Source of the DNA: Auanema rhodensis
Taxonomy: Eukaryota; Animalia; Nematoda
Reading direction: 5' to 3'
NCBI GenBank assembly: GCA_964057225.1
Contig: OZ059895.1
Coordinates: 20,584,001-20,648,000, forward strand
Length of the DNA stretch: 64,000 nt
Shown here: one piece after another, positions 38,260-52,170 of the stretch
Position numbering within the stretch: the first letter of the stretch is position 1
Layout: each line of letters begins with the position of its first letter
Program-made: the position numbers and the translations under genes
Notes under the pieces: generated by a model
What the model saw: the letters and a program-made list of their open reading frames with translations, nothing else
What the model was told of the DNA's origin: nothing
Database searches by the model: none

Positions 38260-41200
38260 TATATCCTCGTTTTTCACCCTGAAGAATTAATTTTTTCGTT
38301 GAATAACAATGTCCATCGTCTTTGCCTTGAAAAAAGGAATCTAAAAACATCTACTTTTTGCTAAATTATTCTGAAATTTTTCGAAAAAATTTTTGTCAAA
38401 ATGTTTTTGGAAGCAATGTTGAGTGTACATGGAAACTCAACATACACTAATGCATCATTTTTCAAACGATCATAACTAATTTTTGTATTGAGCGTTTCTC
38501 AATGTAGAATAGTGCATTCGATGCGGATTTTTAAGCTGCGTCGGTCTGTGTTATCAGATTTGCGCTAGCTTAAAAATGCACCGAGATATCAACTGATATA
38601 TGTTCACACTTATATCCTCGTTTTTCACCCTGAAGAATTAATTTTTTCGTTGAATAACAATGTCCATCGTCTTTGCCTTGAAAAAAGGAATCTAAAAACA
38701 TCTACTTTTTGCTAAATTATTCTGAAATTTTTCGAAAAAATTTTTGTCAAAATGTTTTTGGAAGCAATGTTGAGTGTACATGGAAACTCAACATACACTA
38801 ATGCATCATTTTTCAAACGATCATAACTAATTTTTGTATTGAGCGTTTCTCAATGTAGAATAGTGCATTCGATGCGGATTTTTAAGCTGCGTCGGTCTGT
38901 GTTATCAGATTTGCGCTAGCTTAAAAATGCACCGAGATATCAACTGATATATGTTCACACTTATATCCTCGATTTTCACCCTGAAGAATTAATTTTTTCG
39001 TTGAATAACAATGTCCATCGTCTTCGCCTTGAAAAAAGGAATCTAAAAACATCTTCTTTTTGCTAAATTATTTTGAAATTTTTCGAAAAAATTTTTGTCA
39101 AAATGTTTTTGGAAGCAATGTTGAGTGTACATGGAAACTCAACATACACTAATGCATCATTTTTCAAACGATCATAACTAATTTTTGTATTGAGCGTTTC
39201 TCAATGTAGAATAGTGCATTCGATGCGGATTTTTAAGCTGCGTCGGTCTGTGTTATCAGATTTGCGCTAGCTTAAAAATGCACCGAGATATCAACTGATA
39301 TATGTTCACACTTATATCCTCGATTTTCACCCTGAAGAATTAATTTTTTCGTTGAATAACAATGTCCATCGTCTTCGCCTTGAAAAAAGGAATCTAAAAA
39401 CATCTTCTTTTTGCTAAATTATTTTGAAATTTTTCGAAAAAATTTTTGTCAAAATGTTTTTGGAAGCAATGTTGAGTGTACATGGAAACTCAACATACAC
39501 TAATGCATCATTTTTCAAACGATCATAACTAATTTTTGTATTAAGCGTTTCTCAATGTAGTATAGTGCATTCGATGCGGATTTTTAAGCTGCGTCGATCT
39601 GTGTTATCAGATTTGCGCTAGCTTAAAAATGCACCGAGATATCAACTGATATAAGTTCACACTTATATCCTCGATTTTCACCCTGAAGAATTAATTTTTT
39701 CGTTGAATAACAATGTCCATCGTCTTTGCCTTGAAAAAAGGAATCTAAAAACATCTACTTTTTGCTAAATTATTTTGAAATTTTTCGAAAAAATTTTTGT
39801 CAAAATGTTTTTGGAAGCAATGTTGAGTGTACATGGAAACTCAACATACACTAATGCATCATTTTTCAAACGATCATAACTAATTTTTGTATTAAGCGTT
39901 TCTCAATGTAGTATAGTGCATTCGATGCGGATTTTTAAGCTGCGTCGATCTGTGTTATCAGATTTGCGCTAGCTTAAAAATGCACCGAGATATCAACTGA
40001 TATATGTTCACACTTATATCCTCGTTTTTCACCCTGAAGAATTAATTTTTTCGTTGAATAACATCGTCCATCGTCTTTGCTTTGAAAAAAGGAATCTAAA
40101 AACATCTACTTTTTGCTAAATTATTCTGAAATTTTTCGAAAAAATTTTTGTCAAAATGTTTTTGGAAGCAATGTTGAGTGTACATGGAAACTCAACATAC
40201 ACTAATGCATCATTTTTCAAACGATCATAACTAATTTTTGTATTGAGCGTTTCTCAATGTAGAATAGTGCATTCGATGCGGATTTTTAAGCTGCGTCGGT
40301 CTGTGTTATCAGATTTGCGCTAGCTTAAAAATGCACCGAGATATCAACTGATATATGTTCACACTTATATCCTCGTTTTTCACCCTGAAGAATTAATTTT
40401 TTCGTTGAATAACAATGTCCATCGTCTTTGCCTTGAAAAAAGGAATCTAAAAACATCTACTTTTTGCTAAATTATTCTGAAATTTTTCGAAAAAATTTTT
40501 GTCAAAATGTTTTTGGAAGCAATGTTGAGTGTACATGGAAACTCAACATACACTAATGCATCATTTTTCAAACGATCATAACTAATTTTTGTATTGAGCG
40601 TTTCTCAATGTAGAATAGTGCATTCGATGCGGATTTTTAAGCTGCGTCGGTCTGTGTTATCAGATTTGCGCTAGCTTAAAAATGCACCGAGATATCAACT
40701 GATATATGTTCACACTTATATCCTCGATTTTCACCCTGAAGAATTAATTTTTTCGTTGAATAACAATGTCCATCGTCTTCGCCTTGAAAAAAGGAATCTA
40801 AAAACATCTTCTTTTTGCTAAATTATTTTGAAATTTTTCGAAAAAATTTTTGTCAAAATGTTTTTGGAAGCAATGTTGAGTGTACATGGAAACTCAACAT
40901 ACACTAATGCATCATTTTTCAAACGATCATAACTAATTTTTGTATTGAGCGTTTCTCAATGTAGAATAGTGCATTCGATGCGGATTTTTAAGCTGCGTCG
41001 GTCTGTGTTATCAGATTTGCGCTAGCTTAAAAATGCACCGAGATATCAACTGATATATGTTCACACTTATATCCTCGATTTTCACCCTGAAGAATTAATT
41101 TTTTCGTTGAATAACAATGTCCATCGTCTTCGCCTTGAAAAAAGGAATCTAAAAACATCTTCTTTTTGCTAAATTATTTTGAAATTTTTCGAAAAAATTT

Positions 41201-41750
41201 TTGTCAAAATGTTTTTGGAAGCAATGTTGAGTGTACATGGAAACTCAACATACACTAATGCATCATTTTTCAAACGATCATAACTAATTTTTGTATTAAG
41301 CGTTTCTCAATGTAGTATAGTGCATTCGATGCGGATTTTTAAGCTGCGTCGATCTGTGTTATCAGATTTGCGCTAGCTTAAAAATGCACCGAGATATCAA
41401 CTGATATAAGTTCACACTTATATCCTCGATTTTCACCCTGAAGAATTAATTTTTTCGTTGAATAACAATGTCCATCGTCTTTGCCTTGAAAAAAGGAATC
41501 TAAAAACATCTACTTTTTGCTAAATTATTTTGAAATTTTTCGAAAAAATTTTTGTCAAAATGTTTTTGGAAGCAATGTTGAGTGTACATGGAAACTCAAC
41601 ATACACTAATGCATCATTTTTCAAACGATCATAACTAATTTTTGTATTAAGCGTTTCTCAATGTAGTATAGTGCATTCGATGCGGATTTTTAAGCTGCGT
41701 CGATCTGTGTTATCAGATTTGCGCTAGCTTAAAAATGCACCGAGATATCA
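38260..41750 (+). repeat. 5-monomer higher-order duplication (offset 1755 bp)
   Basis: CTCGTTTTT (38266, 38617 / 40021, 40372) and CATCTTC (39050, 39401 / 40805, 41156) recur at offset 1755 = 5x351. Boundaries are approximate. Confidence 0.82.
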
Positions 41751-44700
41751 ACTGATTTAAGTTCACACTTATATCCTCGATTTTCACCCTGAAGAATTAA
41801 TTTTTTCGTTGAATAACATCGTCCATCGTCTTTGCTTTGAAAAAAGGAATCTAAAAACATCTACTTTTTGCTAAATTATTCTGAAATTTTTCGAAAAAAT
41901 TTTTGTCAAAATGTTTTTGGAAGCAATGTTGAGTGTACATGGAAACTCAACATACACTAATGCATCATTTTTCAAACGATCATAACTAATTTTTGTATTG
42001 AGCGTTTCTCAATGTAGAATAGTGCATTCGATGCGGATTTTTAAGCTGCGTCGGTCTGTGTTATCAGATTTGCGCTAGCTTAAAAATGCACCGAGATATC
42101 AACTGATATATGTTCAAACTTATATCCTCGATTTTCACCCTGAAGAATTAATTTTTTCGTTGAATAACAATGTCCATCGTCTTCGCCTTGAAAAAAGGAA
42201 TCTAAAAACATCTACTTTTTGATATATTATTTTGAAATTTTTCGAAAAAATTTTTGTCAAAATGTTTTTGGAAGCAATGTTGAGTGTACATGGAAACTCA
42301 ACATACACTAATGCATCATTTTTCAAACGATCATAACTAATTTTTGTATTGAGCGTTTCTCAATGTAGAATAGTGCATTCGATGCGGATTTTTAAGCTGC
42401 GTCGGTCTGTGTTATCAGATTTGCGCTAGCTTAAAAATGCACCGAGATATCAACTGATATATGTTCACACTTATATCCTCGATTTTCACCCTGAAGAATT
42501 AATTTTTTCGTTGAATAACAATGTCCATCGTCTTTGCCTTGAAAAAAGGAATCTAAAAACATCTACTTTTTGCTAAATTATTCTGAAATTTTTCGAAAAA
42601 ATTTTTGTCAAAATGTTTTTGGAAGCAATGTTGAGTGTACATGGAAACTCAACATACACTAATGCATCATTTTTCAAACGATCATAACTAATTTTTGTAT
42701 TGAGCGTTTCTCAATGTAGAATAGTGCATTCGATGCGGATTTTTAAGCTGCGTCGGTCTGTGTTATCAGATTTGCGCTAGCTTAAAAATGCACCGAGATA
42801 TCAACTGATATATGTTCACACTTATATCCTCGATTTTCACCCTGAAGAATTAATTTTTTCGTTGAATAACAATGTCCATCGTCTTTGCCTTGAAAAAAGG
42901 AATCTAAAAACATCTACTTTTTGCTAAATTATTCTGAAATTTTTCGAAAAAATTTTTGTCAAAATGTTTTTGGAAGCAATGTTGAGTGTACATGGAAACT
43001 CAACATACACTAATGCATCATTTTTCAAACGATCATAACTAATTTTTGTATTGAGCGTTTCTCAATGTAGAATAGTGCATTCGATGCGGATTTTTAAGCT
43101 GCGTCGGTCTGTGTTATCAGATTTGCGCTAGCTTAAAAATGCACCGAGATATCAACTGATATATGTTCACACTTATATCCTCGATTTTCACCCTGAAGAA
43201 TTAATTTTTTCGTTGAATAACAATGTCCATCGTCTTTGCCTTGAAAAAAGGAATCTAAAAACATCTACTTTTTGCTAAATTATTCTGAAATTTTTCGAAA
43301 AAATTTTTGTCAAAATGTTTTTGGAAGCAATGTTGAGTGTACATGGAAACTCAACATACACTAATGCATCATTTTTCAAACGATCATAACTAATTTTTGT
43401 ATTAAGCGTTTCTCAATGTAGTATAGTGCATTCGATGCGGATATTTAAGCTGCATCGATCTGTGTTATCAGATTTGCGCTAGCTTAAAAATGCACCGAGA
43501 TATCAACTGATATAAGTTCACACTTATATCCTCGATATTCACCCTGAAGAATTAATTTTTTCGTTGAATAACATCGTCCATCGTCTTTGCCTTAAAAAAA
43601 GGAATCTGAGAACATCTACTTTTTGCTAAATTATTTTGAAATTTTTCGAAAAAATTTTTGTCAAAATGTTTTTGGAAGCAATGTTGAGTGTACATGGAAA
43701 CTCAACATACACTAATGCATCATTTTTCAAACGATCATAACTAATTTTTGTATTGAGCGTTTCTCAATGTAGAATAGTGCATTCGATGCGGATTTTTAAG
43801 CTGCGTCGGTCTGTGTTATCAGATTTGCGCTAGCTTAAAAATGCACCGAGATATCAACTGATATATGTTCACACTTACATCCTCGATTTTCACCCTGAAG
43901 AATTAATTTTTTCGTTGAATAACATTGTCCATCGTCTTTGCCTTGAAAGAAAGAATCTGAAAACATCTACTTTTTGCTAAATTATTTTGAAATTTTTCGA
44001 AAAAATTTTTGTCAAAATGTTTTTGGAAGCAATGTTGAGTGTACATGGAAACTCAACATACACTAATGCATCATTTTTCAAACGATCATAACTAATTTTT
44101 GTATTAAGCGTTTCTCAATGTAGTATAGTGCATTCGATGCGGATATTTAAGCTGCATCGATCTGTGTTATCAGATTTGCGCTAGCTTAAAAATGCACCGA
44201 GATATCAACTGATATAAGTTCACACTTATATCCTCGATTTTCACCCTGAAGAATTAATTTTTTCGTTGAATAACAATGTCCATCGTCTTCGCCTTGAAAA
44301 AAGGAATCTAAAAACATCTACTTTTTACTAAATTATTTTGAAATTTTTCGAAAAAATTTTTGTCAAAATGTTTTTGGAAGCAATGTTGAGTGTACATGGA
44401 AACTCAACATACACTAATGCATCATTTTTCAAACGATCATAACTAATTTTTGTATTGAGCGTTTTTCAATGTAGAATAGTGCATTCGATGCGGATTTTTA
44501 AGCTGCGTCGGTCTGTGTTATCAGATTTGCGCTAGCTTAAAAATGCACCGAGATATCAACTGATATATGTTCACACTTACATCCTCGATTTTCACCCTGA
44601 AGAATTAATTTTTTCGTTGAATAACATTGTCCATCGTCTTTGCCTTGAAAGAAAGAATCTGAAAACATCTACTTTTTGCTAAATTATTTTGAAATTTTTC

Positions 44701-47700
44701 GAAAAAATTTTTGTCAAAATGTTTTTGGAAGCAATGTTGAGTGTACATGGAAACTCAACATAAACTAATGCATCATTTTTCAAACGATCATAACTAATTT
44801 TTGTATTAAGCGTTTCTCAATGTAGTATAGTGCATTCGATGCGGATATTTAAGCTGCATCGATCTGTGTTATCAGATTTGCGCTAGCTTAAAAATGCACC
44901 GAGATATCAACTGATATAAGTTCACACTTATATCCTCGATTTTCACCCTGAAGAATTAATTTTTTCGTTGAATAACAATGTCCATCGTCTTTGCCTTGAA
45001 AAAGGTATCTAAAAACATCTACTTTTTGCTGAATTATTTTGAAATTTTTCGAAAAAATTTTTGTCAAAATGTTTTTGGAAGCAATGTTGAGTGTACATGG
45101 AAACTCAACATACACTAATGCATCATTTTTCAAACGATCATAACTAATTTTTGTATTAAGCGTTTCTCAATGTCGAATAGTGCATTCGATGCGGATATTT
45201 AAGCTGCATCGATCTGTGTTATCAGATTTGCGCTAGCTTAAAAATGCACCGAGATATCAACTGATATAAGTTCACACTTATAACCTCGATTTTCACCCTG
45301 AAGAATTAATTTTTTCGTTGAATAACAATGTCCATCGTCTTTGCCTTAAAAAAAGGTATCTAAAAACATCTACTTTTTGCTAAATTATTTTGAAATTTTT
45401 CGAAAAAATTTTTGTCAAAATGTTTTTGGAAGCAATGTTGAGTGTACATGGAAACTCAACATACACTAATGCATCATTTTTCAAACGATCATAACTAATT
45501 TTTGTATTAAGCGTTTCTCAATGTAGTATAGTGCATTCGATGCGGATTTTTAAGCTGCGTCGATCTGTGTTATCAGATTTGCGCTAGCTTAAAAATGCAC
45601 CGAGATATCAACTGATATAAGTTCACACTTATATCCTCGATTTTCACCCTGAAGAATTAATTTTTTCGTTGAATAACAATGTCCATCGTCTTCGCCTTGA
45701 AAAAAGGAATCTAAAAACATCTACTTTTTGCTAAATTATTTTGAAATTTTTCGAAAAAATTTTTGTCAAAATGTTTTTGGAAGCAATGTTGAGTGTACAT
45801 GGAAACTCAACATACACTAATGCATCATTTTTCAAACGATCATAACTAATTTTTGCATTAAGCGTTTCTCAATGTAGTAAAGTGCATTCGATGCGGATTT
45901 TTAAGCTGCATCGATCTGTGTTATCAGATTTGCGCTAGCTTAAAAATGCACCGAGATATCAACTGATATAAGTTCACACTTATATCCTCGATTTTCACCC
46001 TGAAGAATTAATTTTTTCGTTGAATAACAATGTCCATCGTCTTTGCCTTGAAAAAGGTATCTAAAAACATCTACTTTTTGCTAAATTATTTTGAAATTTT
46101 TCGAAAAAATTTTTGTCAAAATGTTTTTGGAAGCAATGTTGAGTGTACATGGAAACTCAACATACACTAATGCATCATTTTTCAAACGATCATAACTAAT
46201 TTTTGTATTAAGCGTTTCTCAATGTCGAATAGTGCATTCGATGCGGATATTTAAGCTGCATCGATCTGTGTTATCAGATTTGCGCTAGCTTAAAAATGCA
46301 CCGAGATATCAACTGATATAAGTTCACACTTATATCCTCGATTTTCACCCTGAAGAATTAATTTTTTCGTTGAATAACATCGTCCATCGTCTTTGCCTTA
46401 AAAAAAGGAATCTGAGAACATCTACTTTTTGCTAAATTATTTTGAAATTTTTCGAAAAAATTTTTGTCAAAATGTTTTTGGAAGCAATGTTGAGTGTACA
46501 TGGAAACTCAACATACACTAATGCATCATTTTTCAAACGATCATAACTAATTTTTGTATTGAGCGTTTCTCAATGTCGAATAGTGCATTCGATGCGGATA
46601 TTTAAGCTGCATCGATCTGTGTTATCAGATTTGCGCTAGCTTAAAAATGCACCGAGATATCAACTGATATAAGTTCACACTTATATCCTCGATTTTCACC
46701 CTGAAGAATTAATTTTTTCGTTGAATAACAATGTCCATCGTCTTTGCCTTAAAAAAAGGTATCTAAAAACATCTACTTTCTGCTAAATTATTTTGAAATT
46801 TTTCGAAAAAATTTTTGTCAAAATGTTTTTGGAAGCAATGTTGAGTGTACATGGAAACTCAACATACACTAATGCATCATTTTTCAAACGATCATAACTA
46901 ATTTTTGTATTAAGCGTTTCTCAATGTAGTATAGTGCATTCGATGCGGATTTTTAAGCTGCGTCGATCTGTTTTATCAGATTTGCGCTAGCTTAAAAATG
47001 CACCGAGATATCAACTGATATAAGTTCACACTTATATCCTCGATTTTCACCCTGAAGAATTAATTTTTTCGTTGAATAACAATGTCCATCGTCTTCGCTT
47101 TGAAAAAAGGAATCTAAAAACATCTACTTTTTACTAAATTATTTTGAAATTTTTCGAAAAAATTTTTGTCAAAATGTTTTTGGAAGCAATGTTGAGTGTA
47201 CATGGAAACTCAACATACACTAATGCATCATTTTTCAAACGATCATAACTAATTTTTGTATTGAGCGTTTCTCAATGTAGAATAGTGCATTCGATGCGGA
47301 TTTTTAAGCTGCGTCGGTCTGTGTTATCAGATTTGCGCTAGCTTAAAAATGCACCGAGATATCAACTGATATATGTTCACACTTACATCCTCGATTTTCA
47401 CCCTGAAGAATTAATTTTTTCGTTGAATAACATTGTCCATCGTCTTTGCCTTGAAAGAAAGAATCTGAAAACATCTACTTTTTGCTAAATTATTTTGAAA
47501 TTTTTCGAAAAAATTTTTGTCAAAATGTTTTTGGAAGCAATGTTGAGTGTACATGGAAACTCAACATACACTAATGCATCATTTTTCAAACGATCATAAC
47601 TAATTTTTGTATTAAGCGTTTCTCAATGTAGTATAGTGCATTCGATGCGGATATTTAAGCTGCATCGATCTGTGTTATCAGATTTGCGCTAGCTTAAAAA

Positions 47701-48859
47701 TGCACCGAGATATCAACTGATATAAGTTCACACTTATATCCTCGATTTTCACCCTGAAGAATTAATTTTTTCGTTGAATAACAATGTCCATCGTCTTCGC
47801 CTTGAAAAAAGGAATCTAAAAACATCTACTTTTTACTAAATTATTTTGAAATTTTTCGAAAAAATTTTTGTCAAAATGTTTTTGGAAGCAATGTTGAGTG
47901 TACATGGAAACTCAACATACACTAATGCATCATTTTTCAAACGATCATAACTAATTTTTGTATTGAGCGTTTTTCAATGTAGAATAGTGCATTCGATGCG
48001 GATTTTTAAGCTGCGTCGGTCTGTGTTATCAGATTTGCGCTAGCTTAAAAATGCACCGAGATATCAACTGATATATGTTCACACTTACATCCTCGATTTT
48101 CACCCTGAAGAATTAATTTTTTCGTTGAATAACATTGTCCATCGTCTTTGCCTTGAAAGAAAGAATCTGAAAACATCTACTTTTTGCTGAATTATTTTGA
48201 AATTTTTCGAAAAAATTTTTGTCAAAATGTTTTTGGAAGCAATGTTGAGTGTACATGGAAACTCAACATACACTAATGCATCATTTTTCAAACGATCATA
48301 ACTAATTTTTGTATTGAGCGTTTCTCAATGTAGTATAGTGCATTCGATGCGGATTTTTAAGCTGCGTCGATCTGTGTTATCAGATTTGCGCTAGCTTAAA
48401 AATGCACCGAGATATCAACTGATATAAGTTCACACTTATATCCTCGATTTTCACCCTGAAGAATTAATTTTTTCGTTGAATAACATTGTCCATCGTCTTT
48501 GCCTTGAAAAAAGAAATCTAAAAACATCTACTTTTTGCTAAATTATTTTGAAATTTTTCGAAAAAATTTTTGTCAAAATGTTTTTGGAAGCAATGTTGAG
48601 TGTACATGGAAACTCAACATACACTAATGCATCATTTTTCAAACGATCATAACTAATTTTTGTATTGAGCGTTTCTCAATGTAGTATAGTGCATTCGATG
48701 CGGATTTTTAAGCTGCGTCGATCTGTGTTATCAGATTTGCGCTAGCTTAAAAATGCACCGAGATATCAACTGATATAAGTTCACACTTATATCCTCGATT
48801 TTCACCCTGAAGAATTAATTTTTTCGTTGAATAACATTGTCCATCGTCTTTGCCTTGAA

Positions 48860-51800
48860 AAAAAAAATCTGAAAACATCTACTTTTTGCTAAATTATTTT
48901 GAAATTTTTCGAAAAAATTTTTGTCAAAATGTTTTTGGAAGCAATGTTGAGTGTACATGGAAACTCAACATACACTAATGCATCATTTTTCAAACGATCA
49001 TAACTAATTTTTGTATTAAGCGTTTCTCAATGTAGTATAGTGCATTCGATGCGGATTTTTAAGCTGCATCGATCTGTGTTATCAGATTTGCGCTAGCTTA
49101 AAAATGCACCGAGATATCAACTGATATAAGTTCACACTTATATCCTCGATTTTCACCCTGAAGAATTAATTTTTTCGTTGAATAACAATGTCCATCGTCT
49201 TTGCCTTAAAAAAGGTATCTAAAAACATCTACTTTTTGCTAAATTATTTTGAAATTTTTCGAAAAAATTTTTGTCAAAATGTTTTTGGAAGCAATGTTGA
49301 GTGTACATGGAAACTCAACATACACTAATGCATCATTTTTCAAACGATCATAACTAATTTTTGTATTAAGCGTTTCTCAATGTCGAATAGTGCATTCGAT
49401 GCGGATATTTAAGCTGCATCGATCTGTGTTATCAGATTTGCGCTAGCTTAAAAATGCACCGAGATATCAACTGATATAAGTTCACACTTATATCCTCGAT
49501 TTTCACCCTGAAGAATTAATTTTTTCGTTGAATAACATCGTCCATCGTCTTTGACTTAAAAAAAGGAATCTGAGAACATCTACTTTTTGCTAAATTATTT
49601 TGAAATTTTTCGAAAAAATTTTTGTCAAAATGTTTTTGGAAGCAATGTTGAGTGTACATGGAAACTCAACATACACTAATGCATCATTTTTCAAACGATC
49701 ATAACTAATTTTTGTATTGAGCGTTTCTCAATGTCGAATAGTGCATTCGATGCGGATATTTAAGCTGCATCGATCTGTGTTATCAGATTTGCGCTAGCTT
49801 AAAAATGCACCGAGATATCAACTGATATAAGTTCACACTTATATCCTCGATTTTCACCCTGAAGAATTAATTTTTTCGTTGAATAACAATGTCCATCGTC
49901 TTTGCCTTAAAAAAAGGTATCTAAAAACATCTACTTTCTGCTAAATTATTTTGAAATTTTTCGAAAAAATTTTTGTCAAAATGTTTTTGGAAGCAATGTT
50001 GAGTGTACATGGAAACTCAACATACACTAATGCATCATTTTTCAAACGATCATAACTAATTTTTGTATTAAGCGTTTCTCAATGTAGTATAATGTAGTAT
50101 AGTGCATTCGATGCGGATTTTTAAGCTGCGTCGATCTGTTTTATCAGATTTGCGCTAGCTTAAAAATGCACCGAGATATCAACTGATATAAGTTCACACT
50201 TATATCCTCGATTTTCACCCTGAAGAATTAATTTTTTCGTTGAATAACAATGTCCATCGTCTTCGCCTTGAAAAAAGGAATCTAAAAACATCTACTTTTT
50301 ACTAAATTATTTTGAAATTTTTCGAAAAAATTTTTGTCAAAATGTTTTTGGAAGCAATGTTGAGTGTACATGGAAACTCAACATACACTAATGCATCATT
50401 TTTCAAACGATCATAACTAATTTTTGTATTAAGCGTTTCTCAATGTAGTATAGTGCATTCGATGCGAATTTTTAAGCTGCGTCGATCTGTGTTATCAGAT
50501 TTGCGCTAGCTTAAAAATGCACCGAGATATCAACTGATATAAGTTCACACTTATATCCTCGATTTTCACCCTGAAGAATTAATTTTTTCGTTGAATAACA
50601 TTGTCCATCGTCTTTGCCTTGAAAAAAGGAATCTGAAAACATCTACTTTTTGCTAAATTATTTTGAAATTTTTCGAAAAAATTTTTGTCAAAATGTTTTT
50701 GGAAGCAATGTTGAGTGTACATGGAAACTCAACATACACTAATGCATCATTTTTCAAACGATCATAACTAATTTTTGTATTAAGCGTTTCTCAATGTAGT
50801 ATAGTGCATTCGATGCGGATTTTTAAGCTGCATCGATCTGTGTTATCAGATTTGCGCTAGCTTAAAAATGCACCGAGATATCAACTGATATAAGTTCACA
50901 CTTATATCCTCGATTTTCACCCTGAAGAATTAATTTTTTCGTTGAATAACAATGTCCATCGTCTTTGCCTTAAAAAAGGTATCTAAAAACATCTACTTTT
51001 TGCTAAATTATTTTGAAATTTTTCGAAAAAATTTTTGTCAAAATGTTTTTGGAAGCAATGTTGAGTGTACATGGAAACTCAACATACACTAATGCATCAT
51101 TTTTCAAACGATCATAACTAATTTTTGTATTAAGCGTTTCTCAATGTCGAATAGTGCATTCGATGCGGATATTTAAGCTGCATCGATCTGTGTTATCAGA
51201 TTTGCGCTAGCTTAAAAATGCACCGAGATATCAACTGATATAAGTTCACACTTATATCCTCGATTTTCACCCTGAAGAATTAATTTTTTTGTTGAATAAC
51301 ATCGTCCATCGTCTTTGCCTTAAAAAAAGGAATCTGAGAACATCTACTTTTTGCTAAATTATTTTGAAATTTTTCGAAAAAATTTTTGTCAAAATGTTTT
51401 TGGAAGCAATGTTGAGTGTACATGGAAACTCAACATACACTAATGCATCATTTTTCAAACGATCATAACTAATTTTTGTATTGAGCGTTTCTCAATGTCG
51501 AATAGTGCATTCGATGCGGATATTTAAGCTGCATCGATCTGTGTTATCAGATTTGCGCTAGCTTAAAAATGCACCGAGATATCAACTGATATAAGTTCAC
51601 ACTTATATCCTCGATTTTCACCCTGAAGAATTAATTTTTTCGTTGAATAACAATGTCCATCGTCTTTGCCTTAAAAAAAGGTATCTAAAAACATCTACTT
51701 TCTGCTAAATTATTTTGAAATTTTTCGAAAAAATTTTTGTCAAAATGTTTTTGGAAGCAATGTTGAGTGTACATGGAAACTCAACATACACTAATGCATC

Positions 51801-52170
51801 ATTTTTCAAACGATCATAACTAATTTTTGTATTAAGCGTTTCTCAATGTAGTATAATGTAGTATAGTGCATTCGATGCGGATTTTTAAGCTGCGTCGATC
51901 TGTTTTATCAGATTTGCGCTAGCTTAAAAATGCACCGAGATATCAACTGATATAAGTTCACACTTATATCCTCGATTTTCACCCTGAAGAATTAATTTTT
52001 TCGTTGAATAACAATGTCCATCGTCTTCGCCTTGAAAAAAGGAATCTAAAAACATCTACTTTTTACTAAATTATTTTGAAATTTTTCGAAAAAATTTTTG
52101 TCAAAATGTTTTTGGAAGCAATGTTGAGTGTACATGGAAACTCAACATACACTAATGCATCATTTTTCAA
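48860..52170 (+). repeat. 5-monomer higher-order duplication (offset 1764 bp) marked by a 10-bp internal duplication
   Basis: AATGTAGTAT-AATGTAGTAT occurs at 50081-50100 and 51845-51864. The offset 1764 = 5x351 + 10 - 1. Boundaries are approximate. Confidence 0.82.

Noticed and set aside
42135-48291. Three minus-strand ORFs of 63-81 aa (MKNDALVY...)
   Set aside because: They are the same satellite frame extended by sporadic stop-loss or 1-bp indel variants.
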